NCBI GenBank assembly: GCA_017391525.1
Contig: JAFOYE010000012.1
Coordinates: forward strand, 1 to 64,000
Direction: 5' to 3'
Length of the DNA stretch: 64,000 nt
Source: Paludibacteraceae bacterium
Lineage (GTDB): Bacteria > Bacteroidota > Bacteroidia > Bacteroidales > Paludibacteraceae
Shown one piece after another: positions 8,865 to 16,692 of the stretch. Position numbers and translations under genes: made by a program. Within the stretch, counting starts at the first letter, position 1. Every line of letters begins with the position of its first letter. Below the pieces are notes generated by a model, which saw nothing but the letters and a program-made list of their open reading frames with translations, made no database searches and was not told the origin of the DNA.

Positions 8865-9650
8865 CTAGTTAAGTTCAGGTGCTGATACATGGGATAAATC
8901 CTTCTTGATCTCTGTAATGATAGAATCGGTACTCATAGATGGATACTCAGAGATAGAAGGCCACTCATCGATTAAAAAATTAACATCCTCTTCTGGATTA
9001 GCAAAGGCTTCATCCAATTGTGTACGTGTATATGATTCATCTTTCTCGCTGTGTGGTTCACCTACATAACGAGCTCGCGATTGTTGCTCTAACTCGGTTA
9101 ATTGACTAGTATCGGGAGTTTGCAAATCGCTAGACAACTGTAAATCAAACTCAGGCAAGCGAAACGAAGTGTGCTTCGCAGCATTAAGAAAGCGATAGTG
9201 ACGCATGATAATAGAATCATGCTCTTGAATAGGATAGGTCTTGAGTAAACGAAGCAAAAGAGTTCTAAGATCTTCTGGGAATGAATCCAACAATTGATAG
9301 TGTGGCATATTGTCAGTCACATTCTTATTAACAGACAATTGATGAGATAGAATATCGCATATAGAATCCAACAATTGATAGTGTGGCATATTGTCAGTCA
9401 CATTCTTATTAACAGACAATTGAAGAGATCGAATATCGCATATAGAATCCAATGGATTGATCAACGGTACAGAGAGAATAGTCAATAAAGAGTCTATCGA
9501 ACGCTTTGGCGTGGTAGTAATAGGGACTGTAATATTTAGATTGGGACGATAGATGGATGGATAGGGGGTATTATTGCCACCCTCGCCTACACAAGAAAAA
9601 AAAGACAAGGTCATCAACCATAAAAAAACGATGAAATATGTGTGTTTCAT
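8865..9650 (-). CDS. hypothetical lipoprotein carrying an internal 27-aa tandem duplication
   Basis: The internal Met gives MKHTYFIVFLWLMTLSFFSCVGEGG (lipobox). The track ORF extends to 9848, but the lipoprotein signal supports 9650 as the start. Confidence 0.55.
   Translation of the reverse strand: MKHTYFIVFLWLMTLSFFSCVGEGGNNTPYPSIYRPNLNITVPITTTPKRSIDSLLTILSVPLINPLDSICDIRSLQLSVNKNVTDNMPHYQLLDSICDILSHQLSVNKNVTDNMPHYQLLDSFPEDLRTLLLRLLKTYPIQEHDSIIMRHYRFLNAAKHTSFRLPEFDLQLSSDLQTPDTSQLTELEQQSRARYVGEPHSEKDESYTRTQLDEAFANPEEDVNFLIDEWPSISEYPSMSTDSIITEIKKDLSHVSAPELN
9286..9447. repeat. perfect-ish tandem duplication, 2 x 81 bp, in-frame inside the lipoprotein gene
   Basis: Units 9286-9366 and 9367-9447 differ at ~3 positions. 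They encode LDSICDILSHQLSVNKNVTDNMPHYQL twice. Confidence 0.85.
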
Positions 9651-9804
9651 AGTGCGAAATATGTAAGATGTTGGTATTTTGTCGACAAAGTTATACAAAT
9701 TAATTGATATATGCAAATTTTCCTTGCATTTATGAGAAATAAAAAGTACTTTTGCCTTCGTAAACAAAATAATACATCGCCCTTCGGGCTGTTTCTTATC
9801 TCGC

Positions 9805-9900
9805 TTCGCTCGAACGATTAATCGCAAGCGATTCTTCAGAAGTTTCACGCTGACGCTGTTTCAATTTCTAGAACATTTGAATTATTAAATTTTTGAATGT
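9805..9900. repeat. ~100-bp direct repeat, copy 1 (flanks the Fic-like gene)
   Basis: TTCGCTCGAACGATTAATCGCAAGCGATTCTTCAGAAGTTTCA...GTTTCAATTTCTAGAACATTTGAAT, repeated at 11154-11262. A partial third copy (CTTATCTCGCCTTTGCTCGAACGAT) is at 6395-6425. Confidence 0.75.
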
Positions 9901-10097
9901 TTGAATTCCCCTTAGGCGACGCGGGGCGTTTTTGTTTCTACACTCTACACCTTACACCAGCGGGAATATATAAGGGGAGAGAGTAGGGTTTTGGAGAATC
10001 GGTTCAAAAAAGTTGTTTTTTTGTGCATTTTTTGGCTCAAAATGAACCGATAATCCAAATATTTTTTGTAATTTTGCGCCGATTTTACAAAAGTACT

Positions 10098-11132
10098 ATG
10101 GAAACAGCTCGTAAAATACTTCAATATTTACATTATCACCCCCTTTCTTCCAGGGAGGATATTCGTGTGGGTATCGATTTTCAAGAAAGCGATGCTACCC
10201 TCAAACGTGCCATCGCATCAGGCGTTGAAGCAGGAGATATTACTGTAGAAGGCAAAGCACGCGCTACACGTTATCGTTTGTCTAATCGCGCCCATCTGCT
10301 TATGCCTCTATCACTAGATACATATTTTGCAAAAGATGTGGACGAGAGACAAGTGCAGACAAGTTTTAATTTTGCACTGATCCAAGAGCAACTGCCTAAG
10401 GTTCCTCTCTTTACGGATGAAGAACTGCAGCAGCTAACTGCTCTGCAAGCAGAATATCGTTCACATATTGATGCGATGACGGAGAACGAGTATCGCAGAG
10501 AAATGGAACGACTGGGTATTGATTTGAGTTGGAAATCATCGCAGATAGAAGGTAATACCTATTCGCTATTAGAAACTGAGCGACTTTTGCGCGAAAGCAA
10601 AACGGCAGATGGCAAAACCAAAGAGGAAGCAGTAATGCTTCTAAATCATAAAGATGCGCTGCGATTTGTATTGGATAACCCTGATTATCTACAAAGTTTG
10701 ACTATTGGCCATATTGAGGATATTCACTCGCTATTAACCAAAGAATTATCGGTGGACAAAGGTCTGCGCCATCGTCGTGTAGGTATCACAGGCACGAACT
10801 ATCGTCCACTAGATAATGAGTTTCAGATTCGCGAAGCTATGCAAGCAACTTGCGACTTGATTAATAGCAAGAATAATGTGTTTGAGAAAGCATTGCTAGC
10901 ATTAGTATTGCTGAGTTATATTCAACCATTTATGGATGGAAACAAGCGTTCAGCTCGTATCACTAGTAATGCATTGTTGATTGCCCATGGATATTGTCCA
11001 TTATCCTTCCGTACGGTAGATTCGATCGACTATAAAAAAGCAATGTTGATCTTCTACGAGCAAAACAACTTGCACGCTTTCAAACAGATATTCATCAGTC
11101 AATATGAGTTTGCTGTGAAGGAGTATTTTTGA
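10098..11132 (+). CDS. Fic/DOC-family protein with a degenerate active-site motif (QPFMDGNKRSAR)
   Basis: A TAATTTTG -7 box lies upstream, so the ATG at 10098 (METARKIL...) is the preferred start. The Fic core motif HPFx[DE]GNGRxxR appears as QPFMDGNKRSAR, with the catalytic His replaced by Gln and Gly by Lys. Confidence 0.65.
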   Translation: METARKILQYLHYHPLSSREDIRVGIDFQESDATLKRAIASGVEAGDITVEGKARATRYRLSNRAHLLMPLSLDTYFAKDVDERQVQTSFNFALIQEQLPKVPLFTDEELQQLTALQAEYRSHIDAMTENEYRREMERLGIDLSWKSSQIEGNTYSLLETERLLRESKTADGKTKEEAVMLLNHKDALRFVLDNPDYLQSLTIGHIEDIHSLLTKELSVDKGLRHRRVGITGTNYRPLDNEFQIREAMQATCDLINSKNNVFEKALLALVLLSYIQPFMDGNKRSARITSNALLIAHGYCPLSFRTVDSIDYKKAMLIFYEQNNLHAFKQIFISQYEFAVKEYF

Positions 11133-11153
11133 AACATAGAAGATTCGCTCGAA

Positions 11154-11262
11154 CGATTAATCGCAAGCGATTCTTCAGAAGTTTCAAAGTTTCAGGCGAC
11201 AGAGTCGCTTGTTTCAATTTCTAGAACATTTGAATTTTTGAATTACAAATTGATTCAATGAT
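11154..11262. repeat. ~100-bp direct repeat, copy 2
   Basis: See 9805-9900. Relative to copy 1 it has a ~25-bp internal insertion. Confidence 0.75.
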
Positions 11263-11408
11263 TTAAATATTCAACGCCGCAAGGCGAGGAACTACTAAAC
11301 TATGACCTACAGAAAATATGTCAAGAAACAGGTTATGTGGCTTACTAGTTGACCGGTGTTGTTTCTGAGGATAAAGAGTAACGTAATTAATAAAGATTTA
11401 ATACATAT

Positions 11409-11837
11409 ATGAAAAAGACATTATTAGCTATTTTGTTGGTATTTGTTACAAATACTATTTGCGCTCAGTTCGTAGACTTAGGATTACCTAGTGGTACAAA
11501 ATGGAAGTCACAATGCGAATCTCAAGCCTATACCTATGATTATGCCGTACGATATTTCGATGGCTTTTTGCCAACATCTGGACAATTACAAGAACTGATT
11601 GATTATTGTCAGTGGAGATGGACGGGAAGTGGCTATAAGATAATAGGTAAAAACGGAAATAGCATATACCTAACTGCTTATATGAAACGAGGTGATGATT
11701 CTGTGGGAGCATATTGGTCCAAAACTAGCGATGGTTCTGATGGAGTATTTGGCTTATTGTTCTACTCGACTCAAGTTAAGATAGACCGTACTCGTAGTCT
11801 GGATAGGCAACGTAGTGTAATACTTTGTGTTAAATAA
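11409..11837 (+). CDS. secreted DUF1566 / Fibrobacter-succinogenes-major-paralogous-domain protein
   Basis: Signal peptide, GFLPTSGQLQEL (GWRLPTxxEL-like), YWSKT, and a C-terminal R..SVILCVK (SVRCVK-like). Confidence 0.45.
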   Translation: MKKTLLAILLVFVTNTICAQFVDLGLPSGTKWKSQCESQAYTYDYAVRYFDGFLPTSGQLQELIDYCQWRWTGSGYKIIGKNGNSIYLTAYMKRGDDSVGAYWSKTSDGSDGVFGLLFYSTQVKIDRTRSLDRQRSVILCVK

Positions 11838-11917
11838 TCAAGGCTACTTGCACATGTGCAATATTTTTTGCTAATTTTGCAAGCTGATAATTTGCATAAT
11901 CTATAAAAAACACATAT

Positions 11918-12349
11918 ATGAAAAAGTATTTTAGTTTATTGCTTGTATGGGCCATGTGCTTGGTGGCTTGTAATGGCAAGAATTCTGAGGAACAGAAAGA
12001 GACGTCAGCAGAAGATTCTGTCGAGCAGCAAGAGTCTTTTGCAGATGATTTCTCTGCCACTCTTGCAAAGGCCGAGCAGGGGGATGCAACTGCACAAGTC
12101 AATTTAGGCCTCATGTATGAATATGGCCTTGGCGTTGCTCAAGACTACTACGAAGCGGTTAAATGGTATCGTTTAGCAGCCGAGCAAGGGAATGCCTATG
12201 GGCAAAAAAAATTAGGCTTAATGTATGAATTTGGCCGTGGTGTTGCTAAGGACTATACCCAAGCTATAAGATGGTATAGACAAGCAGCCGATCAAGGGTT
12301 AAAACCTGCGATAGAAGGATATAATTACCTTAAGTCAAAGGGGTATTAA
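11918..12349 (+). CDS. Sel1-repeat lipoprotein
   Basis: Lipobox LVACNG, then three Sel1-like repeats (AQVNLGLMYEYGLGVAQDYYEAVKWYRLAAEQG...). Confidence 0.7.
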   Translation: MKKYFSLLLVWAMCLVACNGKNSEEQKETSAEDSVEQQESFADDFSATLAKAEQGDATAQVNLGLMYEYGLGVAQDYYEAVKWYRLAAEQGNAYGQKKLGLMYEFGRGVAKDYTQAIRWYRQAADQGLKPAIEGYNYLKSKGY

Positions 12350-12385
12350 TAGCGCACTATACATTATTCGCAATGGTAAACCAAG

Positions 12386-12420
12386 CAGCCACTCCGTCAT
12401 AAGACGAGGTGGCTGTTTTG
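12386..12420. terminator. bidirectional terminator hairpin between convergent genes
   Basis: CAGCCACTCCGTC-ATAA-GACGAGGTGGCTG imperfect 13-bp stem followed by TTTTGTT. Confidence 0.4.
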
Positions 12421-12454
12421 TTCAATGTTATGACCCGATGATGCGGAGTGATAT

Positions 12455-13330
12455 TTAGCGTATATCCTCTGGAATAACTGGTGTTGCGCCATCTTGGGTA
12501 CAAACATAGGCCGACACATTCGTCGCTATACGATGCGCATCCTGCAAACTCTTACCAAGAAGGATAGACGCAATAAATGAAGCCGTAAAACTATCACCCG
12601 CACCTACCGTGTCTTTTACTTTAACCTGCTTGGGAGACATATGGGACACCTCATCCTGAGTGAAAACATGACTACCTTGACCACCACAAGTGAAAATGAG
12701 CATATCTAATTGATAATCTTGCATGATCTGGCGGCAATTGGTTTCATCGTTACTAGCCGTATAGTCTAACATCTGATTCAAGACAGGCAGCTCTTCATTG
12801 CTGATCTTGAGCACATTGGCTTTTTGCAGTGAGGTGACGATAACCTCTTTTGAATACCAATTCTGCCGTAGATTGATGTCAAAAATGCGTAGTGCATCCG
12901 CAGGCATAGCATCCAAAAAAGCATGGAGAGTAGCACGAGTGACAGGACTGCGTTGCGCCAACGAACCAAAACATATCACTTGCGTTTGAGCAGCAATTTG
13001 CAACATCTCCTCGGTGAGCGGTATATAATCCCAGGCCTTGTTCTCTAGAATCTCGTAGTGATGAGTCTTTTCCAGGTTGTTGACTATAACCACTCCCGTC
13101 TCTTGTGGCAAATGCACCAAAAGAGAGGGGAGGCCTTTCTTTTGAAGATCTTTTTCTAACTCGCGACCTAGTTCATCATCTCCAATGCCTGAAATAACGA
13201 GACTGTTCAGACCGAACTGTCGGGTGTGGTACGCAAAGTTCAATGGCGCACCGCCGATGATGTACTTTTTTTCTTTCATGAGAAAATCCCAAATGACTTC
13301 TCCGAATCCTACGACATACTTGTTGTTCAT
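12455..13330 (-). CDS. PfkB-family carbohydrate kinase (fructokinase / ketodeoxygluconokinase-like)
   Basis: The DTVGAGDSF motif and the overall ribokinase-like layout. Start taken at MNNKYVVGFGE. Confidence 0.8.
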   Translation of the reverse strand: MNNKYVVGFGEVIWDFLMKEKKYIIGGAPLNFAYHTRQFGLNSLVISGIGDDELGRELEKDLQKKGLPSLLVHLPQETGVVIVNNLEKTHHYEILENKAWDYIPLTEEMLQIAAQTQVICFGSLAQRSPVTRATLHAFLDAMPADALRIFDINLRQNWYSKEVIVTSLQKANVLKISNEELPVLNQMLDYTASNDETNCRQIMQDYQLDMLIFTCGGQGSHVFTQDEVSHMSPKQVKVKDTVGAGDSFTASFIASILLGKSLQDAHRIATNVSAYVCTQDGATPVIPEDIR

Positions 13331-13849
13331 AATGGTAAAGATTTTTGGTTTAGGACGCAAAGTTACACAAATAATTTGATATGAGCAATAGTAGGAGTTA
13401 TTTTTTGTTACTATTGTCCGCTAAAAAATAAAGAATATTACCGATGAATATGGTTAAACGGCGAATGGAACAAATTATACGAATTTTCCAAGAAATTAGC
13501 GTAATTAGCCGTTAAAAAGACATTATACGAACGGCGAATGAGGCGAATTAAACAAATTACAACGATACATAAATTAGCATAATTAGCGTAATTAGCCGTT
13601 AAAGTAGTAAAATCAAATCCGTTGACACAAATTTTTCTTGTAACTAACTAATTTTCAATAAGTCAAAGAACTATTTATAATTTTTTAGTGGACACTAGTG
13701 AACATATATATGAGAAACTCCAATTTGATGTAGCGATGGGAGGAAGAGTGTAGAAGAGGTCTGCCAAAATGGCAGTTGTGTTGTCACGTCTGCTCTTTGG
13801 CACGGAGTTTGTTCTTTGTGCAGCAGAGCTGCGTTGTGAGTCCCGTCGG

Positions 13850-13962
13850 GACGTTACATGTATTTGACGTTACATATCCTTCGGACGTTACAAGTCTTCG
13901 ACGTTGTTAGGTTAACATAAATAACGCGGCAAGGCCGCATGTAACGCGCCGCATGTAACGCG
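13850..13962. promoter_or_regulatory. array of GACGTTACA / CGCATGTAACGCG motifs upstream of groES (candidate operator)
   Basis: GACGTTACA occurs 3 times at 13850, 13866 and 13884. CGCATGTAACGCG, which contains the reverse-complement core TGTAACG, occurs twice at 13936 and 13950. No CIRCE element (TTAGCACTC-N9-GAGTGCTAA) is present. Confidence 0.35.
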
Positions 13963-14028
13963 ACAAAGTCGCATAAAACATCGCTCTGCGACAGATAACG
14001 TGAGTATTAACGAACAAAAAAACATATC

Positions 14029-14304
14029 ATGAGTAAGATTCAACCATTAGCTGACCGCGTGTTGGTGAAACCAATGGCGGCAGAAGAGAAAACAATCGGC
14101 GGTATCATCATCCCTGATAGCGCAAAAGAGAAACCACTTCGTGGCGAGGTAATCGCCGTAGGCGAGGGAACTAAAGACGAGAAAATGCTCCTCTCTGAGG
14201 GCGATACCGTGCTCTACGGCAAGTACGCTGGCACCGAACTCGAATTCGAAGGCGAGAAATACCTCATCATGAGACAAAGCGACATTTTAGCGGTGCTAAA
14301 ATGA
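14029..14304 (+). CDS. groES: co-chaperonin GroES
   Basis: 91 aa, [15 protein letters not shown]...[13 protein letters not shown], the canonical Cpn10. Confidence 0.95.
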   Translation: MSKIQPLADRVLVKPMAAEEKTIGGIIIPDSAKEKPLRGEVIAVGEGTKDEKMLLSEGDTVLYGKYAGTELEFEGEKYLIMRQSDILAVLK

Positions 14305-14319
14305 GACCGGGCTAAGGCC

Positions 14320-14362
14320 CTGTTAGACCATTACATTGTTAGACCACTACGTTGAGAGACCG
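14320..14362. repeat. GGTCTAACA-family repeat (left flank of the four-helix-bundle gene)
   Basis: ctgttagaccattacattgttagaccactacgttgagagaccg. Confidence 0.55.
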
Positions 14363-14390
14363 CCCTAAAAGGGCTGAGAGATATTCGCAG

Positions 14391-14750
14391 ATGCATAATT
14401 ACAATAATTTACAAATATGGCAACAAGCAATGGAGCTTGTTGTAGATATATACAAACTGACAAACTCTTTTCCTGCAGAAGAGAAGTACGGATTAGTATC
14501 TCAGATGAATAGAGCTGCTATTTCTATTCCTTCTAATATAGCAGAAGGAGCAGGTCGCAATTCTGATAAGGATTTCTCTCATTTTATCAGTATGAGTATT
14601 GGTTCTATGTACGAATTACATACACAATTAATTCTAAGCGAAAGATTAGGATTTATAAATCATACGCAAAGCTGTGAAATACAAGATACATTAGATAATC
14701 TCCAGCGAATGGCTGTATCGTTCAAGAATAAATTAGATACTAACATCTAA
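14391..14750 (+). CDS. four-helix-bundle protein (23S rRNA intervening-sequence protein / Avd-like family)
   Basis: MHNYNNLQIWQQAMELVVDIYKLTNSFPAEEKYGLVSQMNRAAISIPSNIAEGAGR... matches the TIGR02436 / PF05635 signature. The track's TTG start at 14352 is also possible. Confidence 0.8.
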   Translation: MHNYNNLQIWQQAMELVVDIYKLTNSFPAEEKYGLVSQMNRAAISIPSNIAEGAGRNSDKDFSHFISMSIGSMYELHTQLILSERLGFINHTQSCEIQDTLDNLQRMAVSFKNKLDTNI

Positions 14751-14815
14751 CAGCGACTATCAGTCGCGGTCTAACAGTGAACAAAGTGAACGGTCTAACT
14801 TCTAACAGTGTAACG
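14741..14815. repeat. GGTCTAACA-family repeat (right flank)
   Basis: ctaacatctaacagcgactatcagtcgcggtctaacagtgaacaaagtgaacggtctaacttctaacagtg. Strongly similar to 47440-47475. Confidence 0.6.
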
Positions 14816-14855
14816 TTCTGAAAGAAAAGTGAAACGATCTAAATAAAAAGAAACT

Positions 14856-16487
14856 ATGGCAAAGAATATTTCATACAATATCGAGGCGCGTGATGCCCTC
14901 AAACGTGGCGTTGACCAACTAGCAAACGCCGTGAAAGTAACCCTCGGCCCTAAAGGTCGTAACGTGATTATCGACAAGAAGTTTGGTGCTCCACATATCA
15001 CCAAAGATGGCGTCAGTGTAGCTAAAGAGATCGAACTAGCAGACGCAGCTGAGAACCTCGGTGCACAACTCGTAAAAGAAGTGGCCTCTAAGACTGGCGA
15101 TCAAGCAGGTGACGGTACCACCACTGCTACTGTCCTCACACAAGCTATCGTAGGTGTGGGTCTCAAGAACGTAACCGCAGGCGCTAATCCTATGGACCTC
15201 AAACGCGGTATGGACAAAGCCGTGAGCGCGATCGTAGCTCACATCAAAGAGCAAAGCGAAGAGGTAGGCAACGACTTCGATAAGATCGAGCAAGTGGCTA
15301 CCATCTCAGCCAACAACGATGCTACTATCGGTAAACTTATCGCTGACGCGATGCGCATGGTGAGCAAAGATGGTGTAATCACCATCGGCGAAGCCAAAGG
15401 TATGGACACTACCATCGACGTAGTACAAGGTATGCAGTTCGACCGTGGCTATATCAGCCCTTACTTCGTGACCAACACCGAGACTATGGAGGTAGAGATG
15501 GATCGTCCATACATCTTGCTCTATGACAAGAAGATCAGCAACCTCAAGGAGCTCCTTCCTGTCCTCGAACCAGCCGTACAAAGTGGTCGTCCATTGCTCA
15601 TTATTGCAGAAGATGTAGATAGCGAGGCACTCACCACCTTGGTAGTCAACCGTCTCCGCGCTCAACTCAAGATCTGCGCTGTGAAGGCTCCTGGCTTTGG
15701 CGATCGCCGCAAAGAGATGCTCGAGGATATAGCTATCCTCACTGGCGGTACCGTGATCAGCGAAGAGAAGGGTATCAAACTGGAGACCGCTACTATTGAT
15801 ATGCTTGGTACAGCAGAAACAATCACTGTGAACAAAGATAACACTACCATCGTGAACGGCGCAGGCGACAAAGAGGCTATCGCTGCTCGCGTGGGACAAA
15901 TCAAAGCACAAATCGTTGCCACTAAATCTACCTATGACAAAGAGAAACTGCAAGAACGTCTCGCTAAGCTTGCAGGCGGCGTAGCTCAACTCAATGTGGG
16001 TGCTGCCTCTGAGGTAGAGATGAAAGAAAAGAAAGACCGTGTGGACGATGCGCTCAGCGCAACCCGCGCTGCGATCGAAGAAGGTATCGTAGCAGGTGGA
16101 GGCGTGGCATATATCCGCGCACAAGCAGCTCTTGAGGGCCTCAAAGGCGAGAACGAGGATGAGCAAACAGGTATCGAGATCATCCGTCGTGCAGTAGAGG
16201 AGCCACTTCGCCAGATCGTGGCCAACGCAGGCAAGGAAGGCGCTGTGGTAGTGGACAAAGTGCGCCAAGGTAAAGCTGACTTCGGCTATAATGCTCGCAA
16301 GGATGTATATGAGAACCTCAAAGAGGCTGGTGTAGTTGATCCTGCTAAGGTAACCCGCGTAGCATTGGAGAATGCTGCTAGCATCGCAGGTATGTTCCTT
16401 ACCACCGAGTGTGTGATCACCGATATCAAAGAGGAGAACCCAATGCCGGCTATGCCTGGTGCTGGAGGTATGGGAGGAATGATGTAA
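14856..16487 (+). CDS. groEL: chaperonin GroEL
   Basis: 543 aa, a full-length Cpn60 with the GGMGGMM C-terminus. Confidence 0.97.
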   Translation: MAKNISYNIEARDALKRGVDQLANAVKVTLGPKGRNVIIDKKFGAPHITKDGVSVAKEIELADAAENLGAQLVKEVASKTGDQAGDGTTTATVLTQAIVGVGLKNVTAGANPMDLKRGMDKAVSAIVAHIKEQSEEVGNDFDKIEQVATISANNDATIGKLIADAMRMVSKDGVITIGEAKGMDTTIDVVQGMQFDRGYISPYFVTNTETMEVEMDRPYILLYDKKISNLKELLPVLEPAVQSGRPLLIIAEDVDSEALTTLVVNRLRAQLKICAVKAPGFGDRRKEMLEDIAILTGGTVISEEKGIKLETATIDMLGTAETITVNKDNTTIVNGAGDKEAIAARVGQIKAQIVATKSTYDKEKLQERLAKLAGGVAQLNVGAASEVEMKEKKDRVDDALSATRAAIEEGIVAGGGVAYIRAQAALEGLKGENEDEQTGIEIIRRAVEEPLRQIVANAGKEGAVVVDKVRQGKADFGYNARKDVYENLKEAGVVDPAKVTRVALENAASIAGMFLTTECVITDIKEENPMPAMPGAGGMGGMM

Positions 16488-16611
16488 AATTGTGATTTCG
16501 TATTTCTATTGGAATCTTGCTGATTGATTGTCGGTCATTATGCCCGCATAACTCCCTTCAATCGCACAGCAATCTCCTCAATATAAATAACAAAATCAAT
16601 TTATATATGAA

Positions 16612-16642
16612 AAAAATCGCACTTTCGGGTGCGATTTTTTTG
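16612..16642 (+). terminator. rho-independent terminator of groEL
   Basis: AATCGCAC-TTTCGG-GTGCGATT hairpin followed by a T7 run. Confidence 0.6.
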
Positions 16643-16670
16643 TGTAAACAAGAAAATTGTTGTAACTTTG
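16639..16670 (+). promoter_or_regulatory. Bacteroidetes promoter (TTTG -33, then N20, then TAACTTTG -7)
   Basis: TTTG at 16639-16642 and TAACTTTG at 16663-16670, ~20 nt before the ATG. Confidence 0.45.
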
Positions 16671-16692
16671 CAACACATAAAAAGAAATGCAT

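Noticed and set aside
13380-14028. searched for CIRCE (TTAGCACTC-N9-GAGTGCTAA) upstream of groES
   Set aside because: It is not present. The only TTAGC occurrences (ATTAGCGTAATTAGCC) have no GAGTGCTAA partner. A different motif array (GACGTTACA) is recorded as a finding instead.
15306-16268. 320-aa minus-strand ORF and other antisense ORFs inside groEL (15036-15293, 15662-15922, 15986-16258)
   Set aside because: Antisense to an unambiguous groEL gene. GC-skewed codons of a highly expressed gene routinely leave long open antisense frames.
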